Below are positions 27,851-38,200 of a stretch of DNA of 64,000 nt, in pieces. The stretch comes from a virus: positions 39,293-103,292 of IMG/VR virus record IMGVR_UViG_3300012228_000001. The stretch is one strand, 5' to 3'. Positions within the stretch are counted from its first letter, which is position 1; each line of letters opens with the position of its first letter. The notes beneath the pieces are model-generated. The model did no database searches, was not told the origin of the DNA, and was given only the letters and a program-made list of their open reading frames with translations. The translations under genes were made by a program, and so were the position numbers.

Positions 27851-28326
27851 TTTGGAGTCGTCCCAAAGACAAAACGCAGCACGATATATGTCGCAACGCC
27901 GCCCGCCGTGGTTATGTTCGCGTCGAGCGTGCAAGGCGTCGTTCCGCACGTCGCGCCGTCGAGCGCGAACGAGTGAAGTATTGGCGAACCATTGACCGTT
28001 CCCGCTGCCCATGCCGCCGTGCCGCAAGTAAGAGCGCCGGTCAAGATCGACGTGCCGCTTCCGCCCGTAAGAATAGGCGTGACGGTCGGCGATCCCGCGT
28101 TGGCGTAGCAGGCAACGCCTTTGATAACGAGATCGCGCCCGCGCACGTTGCCGCACACCCTTGGTATGTCTTCGTCGTTAGCAAGCACCGCTGCCGTGCT
28201 CGATACGCTTCCAATGGCAACTTCGCAGGTGTAGCGATTCTGCTCGCCCCCTCGCGCTGGCACTTGCGCGTGTGCGCTAACGCAGAGCAGCGCGAAAAGA
28301 ATCGCCGCCGAAACTATGCGCTTCAT
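27847..28326 (-). CDS. Signal-peptide-bearing beta-rich protein
   Basis: MKRIVSAAILFALLCVSAHA|Q. Confidence 0.6.
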   Translation of the reverse strand: MKRIVSAAILFALLCVSAHAQVPARGGEQNRYTCEVAIGSVSSTAAVLANDEDIPRVCGNVRGRDLVIKGVACYANAGSPTVTPILTGGSGTSILTGALTCGTAAWAAGTVNGSPILHSFALDGATCGTTPCTLDANITTAGGVATYIVLRFVFGTTPN

Positions 28327-28685
28327 TTCACCACCACCCCGTCGTAGCAGATGCGCTTGCTGCCCGCGTCGAGATTTTTGATGCGCAGATAATTGGCGTT
28401 GGTAACGCGGATGCCAGGAGAAAAGTTTTGCCAGTCTGGACCGAGCATCGAGATGGTGCCAATCAGATTCGACCCGTCGTAGCGCTCGATCTGGATGTTG
28501 GCCTCAAAATAGATATTCTGAATTAGCCACTCCGCACCGGCCCCCGGCTGAATCGCGAGCGTGTTACCCGTGGTAATCTGCGAGTTTGTCCCGCAAGTAA
28601 CAGCATCGCCTACGGCTGCATAGACAGGACTGGCGACGAGCAGCGCCAAGGCGCACGCCGCCGCCAGAAACAATCGACGTGTCAT
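28323..28685 (-). CDS. Signal-peptide-bearing protein
   Basis: MTRRLFLAAACALALLVASPVYA|A. Confidence 0.6.
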   Translation of the reverse strand: MTRRLFLAAACALALLVASPVYAAVGDAVTCGTNSQITTGNTLAIQPGAGAEWLIQNIYFEANIQIERYDGSNLIGTISMLGPDWQNFSPGIRVTNANYLRIKNLDAGSKRICYDGVVVK

Positions 28686-28696
28686 AGCACCCCCGA

Positions 28697-29404
28697 TTAC
28701 AGAGTTGCCGTGTACGATACGTTGAGCGTATCGCCGACCTCAACTACTTTATCACCCCCGCTGAACACACCTGCCGAATAAAGCTTGCCGTTCGTGTCGG
28801 CAATCGTGCTCACCGCGCTTGGGCCATAGATCAAAAACGACCCCTTCACGGTCCCGCCAGTGGTGATGATCGGGAACGGGAGCGCGGCGCTTAACGCCTT
28901 GCTCTTGTTGCTCGCCGCTGCCCACGCGGCGGTTTTGCGCGGCGTAGTGTAGAGCGGAAAGTTCGTTGACGACCCCGCCTCTTTCCAACCGTTCGCGCCG
29001 TTGATACCAGCCGCCGTATCGGTGATCGCCGTTGTCGAGTAGGACACTGAACTAATCAGGCCCATAAAGGGACCAACGACCGTGTAGCCCGACCCGGCCA
29101 GAAACGTATCGAGCGCCAGTTGCGCCCCCTCGTTGGTGACATGGTTGGGGGCTTCGGCCCGCCATTTTTCTTCGAGCAAGCTTTCGGCCCGCTCGCGTAG
29201 GCGCAACGCTTTGGCAAAGTTGCCCTCGGCTTCGAGCGCGGCCACTTCTTCCAAGAGCGCCAGATATGTCTGCCGCTCGGCTTCCCGTGGCCCGATATTG
29301 ATGGCGTCGAACCGCCCGCTCAAGAATCCGGCCTCGACATGCTGCGCCCCGCGCAGGATCACCGCATCGGAAAAAACCTTCGCATCAACTCTCTCTGTGT
29401 TCAT
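28697..29404 (-). CDS. Conserved phage structural protein
   Basis: N.VTNEG..LD..GDTLNVSYT motif, common upstream of Ala-rich fibre genes. Confidence 0.65.
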   Translation of the reverse strand: MNTERVDAKVFSDAVILRGAQHVEAGFLSGRFDAINIGPREAERQTYLALLEEVAALEAEGNFAKALRLRERAESLLEEKWRAEAPNHVTNEGAQLALDTFLAGSGYTVVGPFMGLISSVSYSTTAITDTAAGINGANGWKEAGSSTNFPLYTTPRKTAAWAAASNKSKALSAALPFPIITTGGTVKGSFLIYGPSAVSTIADTNGKLYSAGVFSGGDKVVEVGDTLNVSYTATL

Positions 29405-29426
29405 AAAACAATCCCCCCTGTGTTTA

Positions 29427-29675
29427 TTATTTCTGCATATACACTATTTTCAACCGATTGTGCGACTTTTTCGCTTTGGGTTCCTGTTGCGGCGGCTCGC
29501 AAGCCTCGAACTTCCCCAAGTGCGTGTGCCCCTTGCACTTCAAGCACAGCGCGAATATCGAGTCGCCATCCGTCTTGACGATTGTCTGTCGGATCGCCTT
29601 GCCATCGGCGTTGAATAGATTCTCGCCGCATGAGCAATTGACGGCCTTGGACAGTTGTCGTATGGTTTCAGACAT
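29427..29675 (-). CDS. Small Zn-ribbon protein
   Basis: CSC..CLKC. Confidence 0.5.
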   Translation of the reverse strand: MSETIRQLSKAVNCSCGENLFNADGKAIRQTIVKTDGDSIFALCLKCKGHTHLGKFEACEPPQQEPKAKKSHNRLKIVYMQK

Positions 29676-29776
29676 GATGGATGACGCCGCTCAAAGAATC
29701 CTTAAAATCATCGATAAACATTTAGCTTCACAGCCCCCCGAACACGCGGCCAAGCTGCGCAAGGCCGGGCGTCGCG

Positions 29777-31228
29777 CTATCGAGCGAATCGTTTCCGGTG
29801 CTCACGGAAAGCCTCTTCCGCAAGCGTCCACTCCTGACTTCCCTGCTGAATCCCATACGCCAGAAGCACGCGGCTGATATCACCCCAATTGCCGGTCTTG
29901 AGTAGGTCACGCATTTCGCGCAACCGCTTGTTGGTTTTCTCGCGGGCTTCTTCGGACATTGGCGGTTTGCGCCCCCTCGATTGATCTTCTTTCATCGCCT
30001 GATGCACGTCGGCTTTCTTCTTGGCCTCTTCGTCGTCGGGATATTCATACTTGTACTTTCCCGGCGTGCCCTCGCGTGTAATGTAATCGTGCGTCGGTCG
30101 CACGGTGCCGAGCGGCATGGCTTTGACCGCCACGGCCATCTTGATCGGCTGCGGCGTGGCGACCGGGCGGGCGAAGTATTGACCGTCCCGGTAAACGATC
30201 TTGTCGACGCGCACCGCCTTGCGCAGCGGCGTGACCACGATGGGCTTGTGTACCGGCGCGATCCAATACACCGACACCGACTTGGCAAACTTGGACAGCT
30301 CTTTGTTGATCCATAACGAACTGGCGCGAAAGCCGTCGATAGGCTCCTTGTTCAAAAACAACAGCTCGAAGCCGTGCTCGGCTGGCTTGGTGTTGAGAAC
30401 GACCTGCTCAAACTCGCCGACCGGCTCGATAAAACTTGACCGGATATCGGGAGTCTTCCATGAATGCGCGATGCCGTCTTTGGCTTTATGGCTGGCGTTC
30501 TTTTCAAAGAACTTGATAAGCTGCTCGGCCTCACCCGGCTCGCCCGGCTTGAACGCGAGCGCATACTGGACGCTGCGGCCAAACGTTTGATCGCCGATCT
30601 TTTCAAGCTTGATGTTCGCGTCGCCGTGCCAGCTATCCTTCCACGCGACGACCGTGGCGACCGGCACGACTTCGTAGGGCACTTCGATGCCAAGCTTCGA
30701 CAACCGGCGCAACAGCTCTTCGCCGTGATCGGTGTGACCTTGGTACTGGTGATAAACGATCCGGTTCGTGCCTTGCCGCAATAAATTTGCGTAATCAGCT
30801 TTAGCGACGTTGTAGGCGTCTATCGGATAGCCGACCTTTTGGGCGACACTGATAATATGATCGCCCTCTTTCTTGATCGATGCCGGAACAAACTCGTCGA
30901 AGCTTTTCGGAATATCGCCGATGGTCTTTTGGAACGGCTCGAAGTAATTATGCTCGCCGCGCCCGGCACCGTGGAGCGCCGTCGCGCTGTGATCGCCATC
31001 GTTGCAGGCGTCGAGAAGCTTCTTTAGTTCCGCCGCCTTAATATCGAGCGGCTTGCCCTTGAACTCCCGGCGCACGCGCTCGCATAGGTGATCGAGCATC
31101 TTTTGATCGATTGGCCCCTTGCCGAAGTCGAGCGCCCGCGTGCCGTCCGGCCTGCGGTGCTCTTTCCAGGGTGCTTGCGGCTGCTGGTCTTTTGGACTGC
31201 TCTTTCCTGGCGCGTTCATCATGGTCAT
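29777..31228 (-). CDS. Putative internal virion (cargo) protein
   Basis: Several KS/KA sites followed by leader-like motifs (KAVRVDKIVYRDG; KAMP..HDYITREGTPGKYKYEY). Confidence 0.55.
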   Translation of the reverse strand: MTMMNAPGKSSPKDQQPQAPWKEHRRPDGTRALDFGKGPIDQKMLDHLCERVRREFKGKPLDIKAAELKKLLDACNDGDHSATALHGAGRGEHNYFEPFQKTIGDIPKSFDEFVPASIKKEGDHIISVAQKVGYPIDAYNVAKADYANLLRQGTNRIVYHQYQGHTDHGEELLRRLSKLGIEVPYEVVPVATVVAWKDSWHGDANIKLEKIGDQTFGRSVQYALAFKPGEPGEAEQLIKFFEKNASHKAKDGIAHSWKTPDIRSSFIEPVGEFEQVVLNTKPAEHGFELLFLNKEPIDGFRASSLWINKELSKFAKSVSVYWIAPVHKPIVVTPLRKAVRVDKIVYRDGQYFARPVATPQPIKMAVAVKAMPLGTVRPTHDYITREGTPGKYKYEYPDDEEAKKKADVHQAMKEDQSRGRKPPMSEEAREKTNKRLREMRDLLKTGNWGDISRVLLAYGIQQGSQEWTLAEEAFREHRKRFAR

Positions 31229-31242
31229 GCTATAGAACCCGA

Positions 31243-31677
31243 ATGGCTGATCGACGATACGTTCACGGCATGGCCGGAACAAAGCTTTATTTTCTCTGGC
31301 GTAACATGCTTAGTCGCTGTTACAACTCCAACGATTCTCATTATCAATGGTGGGGCGGGCGCGGCATCACCGTCTGCGATGAATGGCAAACGTTTCCACC
31401 GTTCTACGCTTGGGTGCTGACGATTTATCCCGATGGTCAAATCCCCAAAGGCTTGACGCTGGATCGCAAAGAGAATGAAGGTCATTACTCGCCGGACAAT
31501 TGCCGCTGGATTACTCATAAAGAACAATGCAACAATCGTCGCTCTAATCGCTGGCTCACGCACAACGGGAAAACGCAGAACGTCGTCCAGTGGGCGAAAG
31601 AGTTGAATGTGCCCGCGCCAACTCTGTATGACCGTCTTCGTAAGGGATGGCCTGCTCATAAAATCCTAGTGTCTTGA
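31243..31677 (+). CDS. Homing endonuclease-like protein (YGGRGI family)
   Basis: HGMAGTKLY..MLSRCYN..WGGRGITVCDEW..TLDR..YSPDNCRW; paralog of 507-1112. Confidence 0.8.
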   Translation: MADRRYVHGMAGTKLYFLWRNMLSRCYNSNDSHYQWWGGRGITVCDEWQTFPPFYAWVLTIYPDGQIPKGLTLDRKENEGHYSPDNCRWITHKEQCNNRRSNRWLTHNGKTQNVVQWAKELNVPAPTLYDRLRKGWPAHKILVS

Positions 31678-31953
31678 AAATTTCCCTTGATATTGAATTT
31701 GGTATTGGGGCGGAACTTCTTTCCCCTGCTCGTCGACCGCTGCCTGCGGCTGGCGATTCTTCATGCTCTGGACCGCCGCTGCCTGCGCTTCCTTGCGCCG
31801 CTTGTCTTCTTCCTTGTCGAGTTGCTTGACGCGCTGATTGTTGCCGTAGCGCTCGTGCGTCGTCATGCGCGGCGACACGGCGAGATAGGCTTCGAAGTCG
31901 GCCTTCTTGACCGGCTTGACGATCTGCGACTTCTTGACGTTGAAGACGTTCAT
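31666..31953 (-). CDS. Hypothetical protein (possible cargo)
   Basis: N-terminal VKKS..VKKA; coupled to the upstream gene. Confidence 0.5.
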   Translation of the reverse strand: MNVFNVKKSQIVKPVKKADFEAYLAVSPRMTTHERYGNNQRVKQLDKEEDKRRKEAQAAAVQSMKNRQPQAAVDEQGKEVPPQYQIQYQGKFSRH

Positions 31954-32792
31954 TACTTTGGGTCTGCCAAAACGTCGACGAAATGCGCCCCGCGTTGCAC
32001 CATGCGCTTTGCGCCATCTTCGCTAAGGCGCACCCTGTCACCGTCCGATTCCGTCCAATACTCCCAAGCGCCGCCCGATCTGTCGCGGAAGACCTTGTTG
32101 CCAGCTAGGGCCGACGATGTTGGCTTGGGCATAGACGGTCTATCAACGTCCGGGTCGGCGTCTTTCCCACGCTGCGTGTACCCCCCGACCGCGTGCCCCC
32201 CGCGAACGTGCGGCTTGACCTGCTTAATCGCTTTTAGCAGCGACACGACGACAAAAAATCCATCGCCGAGAAGCGACTTGCGATAGGGCTTGTCGCCGGG
32301 ACCGGGCCGATACATGACGTTATGCCTTGGTTCTGGCGCGTCGGGATTCTTCGCGTCGGTCATCACGTCGCCCTCGGCCACGCTCGGATCGAGGCTCGGC
32401 GCCGCCCCGTGCCCGACCACGCTCTGCACGATCTCTTTTTTGCGATAGGGCTGATTACGCTGCACCATTGGGCGGTCGGTTGAGCCGTACTCTAACCGCT
32501 TCGTTTTCTTGTCCGGGTTTTGATGACGCTGCACTGCCGGATTTTTCTTCGACGGTTGAAGCGGGAGATTGCGGATGGCCTTCGCCGCCATGCCGTTGCG
32601 CTTCTTCTTGGCGGCATTGACGTTGTGCTCCTGCTCGTCGTTGTAGGCGTGACTCTGCGGATGGCGGTTCTGCTTATCCCATTCTGGCTCTTCTTCGCTT
32701 ATGCCCGTGCTGCCCGCCTTGCCTTCATCCTCGACGCCATTGGACGACTTGATTAAAACGCGCTTCCCGCGCAAGGAAATCATTGGTAGCAT
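31953..32792 (-). CDS. Putative internal virion protein with leader repeats
   Basis: Contains KAIRNLPLQPSKKNPAVQRHQ and KAIKQVKPHVRGGHAVGGYTQR. Confidence 0.6.
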   Translation of the reverse strand: MLPMISLRGKRVLIKSSNGVEDEGKAGSTGISEEEPEWDKQNRHPQSHAYNDEQEHNVNAAKKKRNGMAAKAIRNLPLQPSKKNPAVQRHQNPDKKTKRLEYGSTDRPMVQRNQPYRKKEIVQSVVGHGAAPSLDPSVAEGDVMTDAKNPDAPEPRHNVMYRPGPGDKPYRKSLLGDGFFVVVSLLKAIKQVKPHVRGGHAVGGYTQRGKDADPDVDRPSMPKPTSSALAGNKVFRDRSGGAWEYWTESDGDRVRLSEDGAKRMVQRGAHFVDVLADPK

Positions 32793-32802
32793 AAAACCCC
32801 CT

Positions 32803-33018
32803 TCAAGCAGCCAGCACTAAAATCCCCGTTTCACTGTAAACGATTTTGACGATTGTCTTGCAGCGTCGGCATCGTATTTCGATTTGATAAGACCCCTGCC
32901 CGCGTAGATCGCCGACGACTTCTGCGTTCGTCGCCAGCAACGTTCCACGCGGCTGTCCCGTCTTCGGGTCGATCCCGCAATGCCGGTTAGGGCAACGTAT
33001 CAAATCAATCTTCGGCAT
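32803..33018 (-). CDS. Com-family Zn-ribbon regulator-like protein
   Basis: IRCP..CG..LLA..IEIRCRRCKTI. Confidence 0.6.
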   Translation of the reverse strand: MPKIDLIRCPNRHCGIDPKTGQPRGTLLATNAEVVGDLRGQGSYQIEIRCRRCKTIVKIVYSETGILVLAA

Positions 33019-33238
33019 TCTCGGTCACACGTCCTATCACTTCGGCAAACTGCCCCATTCGATCTACCGGCCCAATGACCACGAGCAATTCCTTGCCTCG
33101 TAGCTGCGCCAGTTCGTTGATATGCTCGCCGACATAACAATGCAGCGAAAGGGTTACGGCCTCACCCGCGCCCCCGGCCATTTTTATCGCTGAACTTGTC
33201 GGCGGTATCGCCGCCTGAAAGGTTAGAATCTCTGCCAT
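33005..33238 (-). CDS. Hypothetical protein
   Basis: SD AGGAG; overlaps the next gene. Confidence 0.5.
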   Translation of the reverse strand: MAEILTFQAAIPPTSSAIKMAGGAGEAVTLSLHCYVGEHINELAQLRGKELLVVIGPVDRMGQFAEVIGRVTENAED

Positions 33239-33365
33239 CCCCCTGTTCTCCTTTCCCGTCGCGTTCCTGTAGCCGTGCTTTGATTCGCTCCAATAGTTTC
33301 TGCGTGATCGCGTCGATCATCGGTTCGTCACTCTCGTCGATATAATCTTTTGCCTGTTCAGCCAT
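33162..33365 (-). CDS. Small acidic protein downstream of the zeta toxin
   Basis: MAEQAKDYIDESDEP..; start overlaps the toxin 3' end; SD GGAG. Confidence 0.4.
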   Translation of the reverse strand: MAEQAKDYIDESDEPMIDAITQKLLERIKARLQERDGKGEQGDGRDSNLSGGDTADKFSDKNGRGRG

Positions 33366-34473
33366 CGCGTTTCTCCAAAAGCACCGGCTCGTGGCCCTTC
33401 GGCACGTCGTTATCGTAAGCCTCAAAAAAATCCGCGAGCTGTTTTAGCTTCTCGTATGATCTGCGATTTTTATGGTCGTGCGTGGCAATGTAACGGGGAT
33501 CGACAAACCGATGGTCGCCTTCGGGATTGACATATCGGTCTATCGCACGGGTGATTGCTTTCTCTGGCGGCAAATCGGCAAACACGACACCGACCTTGTA
33601 ACCTAGTTTTCGAAACGTATCGATCTGCGCAATGTATTGTTCAGGGGTTTTGAGCGTGCAGTCGATCAAGATGTTCTTCCGCCCCTCTTCGGCTTGGGAA
33701 ATGATCTCGCTTACAACGTCGGTCGCTTCGTCTTGGAGAAGTGCCGCGTTCCAGCCTTGATATTCCGGCAGTTGGCGCTTCACGTCGTCCGAGTCGATAT
33801 GGACGAAATCGTTGAAGCCTCGCATCTTAACGATGGTTGACTTGCCGCTGCCGGGCACCCCGCCCATGTAAATTACACTCGGTTCGGCTTGAGACGGTAT
33901 TTGGTGAAGCGCCCCTTCGATGATCCGGTTGTGGCGCTGGCGTCGCGAAGACGTGTATTCCCCCGCTTCGGTGTGCAATTCTTTGGTTTGTTTCCCGGCG
34001 TTGACCCTATCGCGCAGACTATTAAATTCTTCGTTTAACCCGCGCTCGTCGACGATCTCATCGGCAAACTGGCGCACACGCCGGGCCTCGATATCGATTA
34101 CCGTATCCGGCTTGTTCCAATCCTCTTTCTTGCCCGGCTGGACGCTGGTGCGCGGCGGCTCGGCTTTGGGCTGCTCTTGCTGTGGCTGTTGCGGCTGCGG
34201 CTGCTTTTGCACCGCGACGCCGACGTTGACCTTGCCCTGGCGCTCTTGCGGCTCTGGCTTCGGCCCGCCTTGCCAGCGGCGGACCATCGGGTTTGTCTTG
34301 GACGGAATGAGCTGCAAGCCCGGTCCCGGCGCTGCGCCAGCCTGATACGGCTTGGCGGCGGGCATGGCCTTGGACGCGCCGGACTGCTCGGCCATGATGG
34401 CGTCGACGAGCATATCGATTGCCTCGTCTTCGTCAGTCTCGTCGTTTATGCCGACTAGCGCGATTCTCTTCAT
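33358..34473 (-). CDS. Zeta toxin-family P-loop kinase
   Basis: MGGVPGSGKST, IDSDDVK..LPEY, NILIDCT, RFVDP..I, YDN motifs. Confidence 0.85.
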   Translation of the reverse strand: MKRIALVGINDETDEDEAIDMLVDAIMAEQSGASKAMPAAKPYQAGAAPGPGLQLIPSKTNPMVRRWQGGPKPEPQERQGKVNVGVAVQKQPQPQQPQQEQPKAEPPRTSVQPGKKEDWNKPDTVIDIEARRVRQFADEIVDERGLNEEFNSLRDRVNAGKQTKELHTEAGEYTSSRRQRHNRIIEGALHQIPSQAEPSVIYMGGVPGSGKSTIVKMRGFNDFVHIDSDDVKRQLPEYQGWNAALLQDEATDVVSEIISQAEEGRKNILIDCTLKTPEQYIAQIDTFRKLGYKVGVVFADLPPEKAITRAIDRYVNPEGDHRFVDPRYIATHDHKNRRSYEKLKQLADFFEAYDNDVPKGHEPVLLEKRDG

Positions 34474-35228
34474 GCCGCCATCTGTATCGTTTCGTTCTTC
34501 TCAAGGTCATAGATTGCCAATTGATTTGCTTGCAGGGCGAGCTGCCGCGCCTGTTGGAAATCGTCTACAACGGTCGAGATGTCGAGATATACTTTCCCGG
34601 TCGTTTCGTCTTTCCACCCGCCGAGATAGTTCCGCGACGCCTTGATCTGATCCCAATGCTCCCGCACATAGGTCTTGACCCGCGCCCGTAGCGCTTGCGG
34701 CTCAATCGGCCCGTCGATCACTTCTTCGGTGTTCTTGGCGAGCGATAACGCATAGCCCCGGCGCGGCGCTTCTCGCTCTTTGTGGCGCACCGGGTTATAA
34801 GTGACCCCGCCCTGCTTTTGGATAACGTCAGCCAGCCCGCCACCCCGGTTGGCATGGGTGTGTTGATCGTGCCAGCCTTGCAGGTGCTTCTCCATCGGCT
34901 CAAGCCCCAATTCCCGCGATAGATGGCCCTGGCTGCCCCGTGGCGTGAAGCTACCCGAACCTGAACGTACATCATGCCTCGGCGACGGCACTAACGCGGA
35001 CGGTCCAAATTGAGAGGCGTGCCCATTGAATCGGAGCAGGCCGATAGTCTCGTTCATGGAGTACATGGCGTTTTCGATCTCTTTGGCCTTCTCGATATCC
35101 CCCGCCTTGATGGCCTGCTCGCGCTCGACTCTGGCCCCGTCCATGAACATTTCGGCCCGGTTCATAAGATCGACAAGATCGCGGTCGGCCTCGGCTGCGG
35201 CTCGGCCTGTTTCCGGTGAGGGTTCCAT
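34470..35228 (-). CDS. Putative cargo protein with conserved C-terminal domain
   Basis: KHLQGWHDQHTHAN leader, then GGVT..GYALS..YLGGWKD..G.VYLDIS..A..LA..NQLAIYDL. Confidence 0.6.
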   Translation of the reverse strand: MEPSPETGRAAAEADRDLVDLMNRAEMFMDGARVEREQAIKAGDIEKAKEIENAMYSMNETIGLLRFNGHASQFGPSALVPSPRHDVRSGSGSFTPRGSQGHLSRELGLEPMEKHLQGWHDQHTHANRGGGLADVIQKQGGVTYNPVRHKEREAPRRGYALSLAKNTEEVIDGPIEPQALRARVKTYVREHWDQIKASRNYLGGWKDETTGKVYLDISTVVDDFQQARQLALQANQLAIYDLEKNETIQMAA

Positions 35229-35229
35229 T

Positions 35230-38200
35230 TTATTGCGCCACTCCGAAAAACTCCAAGATTCTGCGGCCCAAGATGCTTTTAACGTATTGCTCCATTGCTA
35301 ATCCTACATGCACTGGATTAGCAAGCGATTTCAAAAGCGCAGGCGTGATCGCGCCGATGACCTTCATTTCGTTTTCGATCTCGGTCCAGTGCGCGTCCTC
35401 GAACGGGCTGTCGGTATAGCGGTAGTGGTGCAGAGCGATATCGCCCTTGCGCGGTGCCCGGTCTACCCGCCCAATGCCCTGATAGTAACCCGCCGCGTCC
35501 TGCGGGCGTCCGGCCTGATGGAAGGAATCGGCGGTCTGCAAGTTATGCCCGGCCTGACTTGTCTTGTCGATAAACATGATGCCCGCTTCGCCCTTGTTCT
35601 TCTCAGCGGCCCACTGCTCTTTGCGCTGTGCGACGACGCGCTCAAGCGCTTGGTCGGGGGTCAAGTTTTCTGTCTTGGCGATCTGCTCGGCTTCCTCTTT
35701 GAACTTGGCCCGCTTGTTCAGCTCGGTCAAATCGTAGGCTTTGATCTTCGCCTTGCGCAGTAGGGTGTTGAGCGCGACCCGCTGCGGTTCGCTATCGATG
35801 AAAACGACGTGGTGCGTCTTGCCCTCTTTGATCTCCGATAGGATGGTCTTGGCGACTTCCTTGGCCTTCGCGTTATCCTCGCCGCCGTGCAGATTGTTCC
35901 AGTGCCGCGTGTCCATTTCCTTCATAACCAAGTGATTGATGCGCTGACCTATCTGCGCTTTGGTCCGCCCCATGCGCTTGCCCTTGGCGGTTTCCTCTTC
36001 GGTGATCTTCGCCAGAAGCGTGTTGTAGCCAGCCTCGATCTCTTTCTGCCGGGCGATCTGCATTTGGCTACGCTTGACGGTGTGATCGTTGGTGACGACC
36101 TTGTACGGCTTATCGCCCGCTTTGCCGCTTTCGGTTCGTGTCTTGAATTGATCGCCGGAAACGTAGGGCGATATTTTCTGGAAAATTTGCTGTTGGATCG
36201 CTTCGTCTTGCGCGTTGGTGCCGTTGCCGCCGCCCGCGTACATGCGGCCAAAGCCGACCTTGCTGCCGATCTTGGAATGAAAAATCGGGTTCCCTTGAGA
36301 GCCGTCTTTTTTCCTCTGATACCCGGCAAATTCTTTCGTCGCCCAATTGACCCACTCGTAAATTTCGTCCAACGATTCGCGGGCCGGTGATGCCGATAGC
36401 GCGACGCGATGTTTGAACGGGATGTTGACGATGCGCTTTGCCGCCGAGCCTAACCGTTCCGACGTTTGGCTTTTCAAGTTCTGCGGTTCGTCGATACTGG
36501 CAAAGTCAAACCCGTGGCCGGTGATCGCGTCAACGTCCCACTGCGAGCGCAGCGCGTCCGAATGCGAGGCGATGACGAGCTGGCCGGGCTTGATCTGTTT
36601 CCAAAATTTCTGCCTTTCTTCCTTGGTCGTTTTCTCTGGAATGACGAGAATGTCTAAATCGGTCGCCCGGTGAAGCTGATCCGCCCATTGCGCCGTCAAG
36701 CCATCCGGGCAAAGCACGATGCCTTTGTAGTGCGGGTTTTTGGCGAGCAAGTGCGACCACCAGCCCGCCGTCGTGAGAGTCTTGCCAGCGCCGGTCGTGC
36801 GCGTGAGAAGACCGCCGCCCGTCTTGTTGAGCCAGTTGATATCGTTGCGCTGCGGCAAGCGTAACGCGAAATCCTCTTTTACGCCCGCGTCGTTTATCCA
36901 TTCGCGTTTGAAGTGCGGCGGGCGGTCCATCGGCGTGAAAGGCGTATTATCGGTCTTGATCTTGTTCAGCTCGGCGACTTCCCTGCTGAGAATCGGCGAT
37001 TGCGTGCCCCACCGATTTGCAAGATAGCTGGCGTTCCCGGTGATCTGATATTGGAGAATCGCTTCCCCGGTCGTCGCGTCGGTGCCGATAATGTTGTGCG
37101 CGATCTTGATCTGTTCGGGAATTTTGCTTGGCGAAACGTTCAGCTTTTCTTTGAGAATCCGATAGGCGTTGTCTTTCGACATGCCGACGTTGATCGTGAC
37201 TCGCTCGTCAATACCGGCCTGCGCATGCTTCATGGCAAGCAACAGCGATCCGCTGGCCGCGAGCGATCCGTAAGCCCGCCCGATGTTCTGCCGCCGCTGT
37301 AAAATGTTGTATGCCTCTTGGCGCATGATCGTCGCTTCGGCGGTCAACTCGCCGTTTGCCTTCTGGCGCTGAATTTCCTGATACGTCGCCTTGAGTTTCT
37401 TGTCTTCGTCGAGCGCCTTTTGCTCCTGTGCTAGTAGGTTTGTCTTGTTGTCGTTTTCGATTGCCTGAATGATCGCGGTGATCGACTGGCCTTTAAGCTG
37501 GCGCTGGCGGGCTTGGCCGACAAGCCAGTAGCCGACTATCGATGCGGTCACTTGAGGCGAGAAGGCGTCCGACAACCGGCCAACGTCAAGTTCGATGCCG
37601 GTATGCTTTCCCACTAATCCTGTAAGTGCAGCCGCAGCCGCGCCGCTGACAAAGCCCTTGCGGCGCTTTAATAAACCATTGAGATATTCGCTGCCGCCGT
37701 TGGCGACCGCGCCGTTGAGCGCATAGCCGACTTCATCGTTCCAATGTTCATGGACGACGCTGTAAAACGATTCGTCGCCGTTGATCTTGGTCCGCGCCGC
37801 GTAGCGTTCAAGGGCGTTGCGCACGTCTTCATCGGTGACTCGCTCCACGGCACTCTGGCGCAGCGCTTCGAGGGCGTTGGCTACGACGACCGTTTCGGGG
37901 CGGGGGAGTCGCGGCGGAATGATTTTGAGAATCTCTTTCTTTTCCGCCATTGCGCGGGTGAACGCATTGAAATCGTCGAGCGCGGTCTTGGCCGCTTCCT
38001 TGTCTTGGGTCAACAGGACTCTATCAAGCGGATCGCGGGCCTTCTTGGTTGGGATGATTACGATGGCGTCTTTCTTTGCCTCTTCGCGCAGCTCTTGATT
38101 TTCCTCGCGGCGCTTTGCCGCCTGCGCGGCTTTCTTGTGCATGTCTTCGGTAGTGGCGAGTTCCACTTCCTGCGGCGTATTGGCTTGGAGCGGCACTTCC

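Noticed and set aside
29674-29877. Plus-strand ORF MMDDAAQRILK..
   Set aside because: Half overlaps the 3' end of a minus-strand gene and has no SD or motif; cannot be supported
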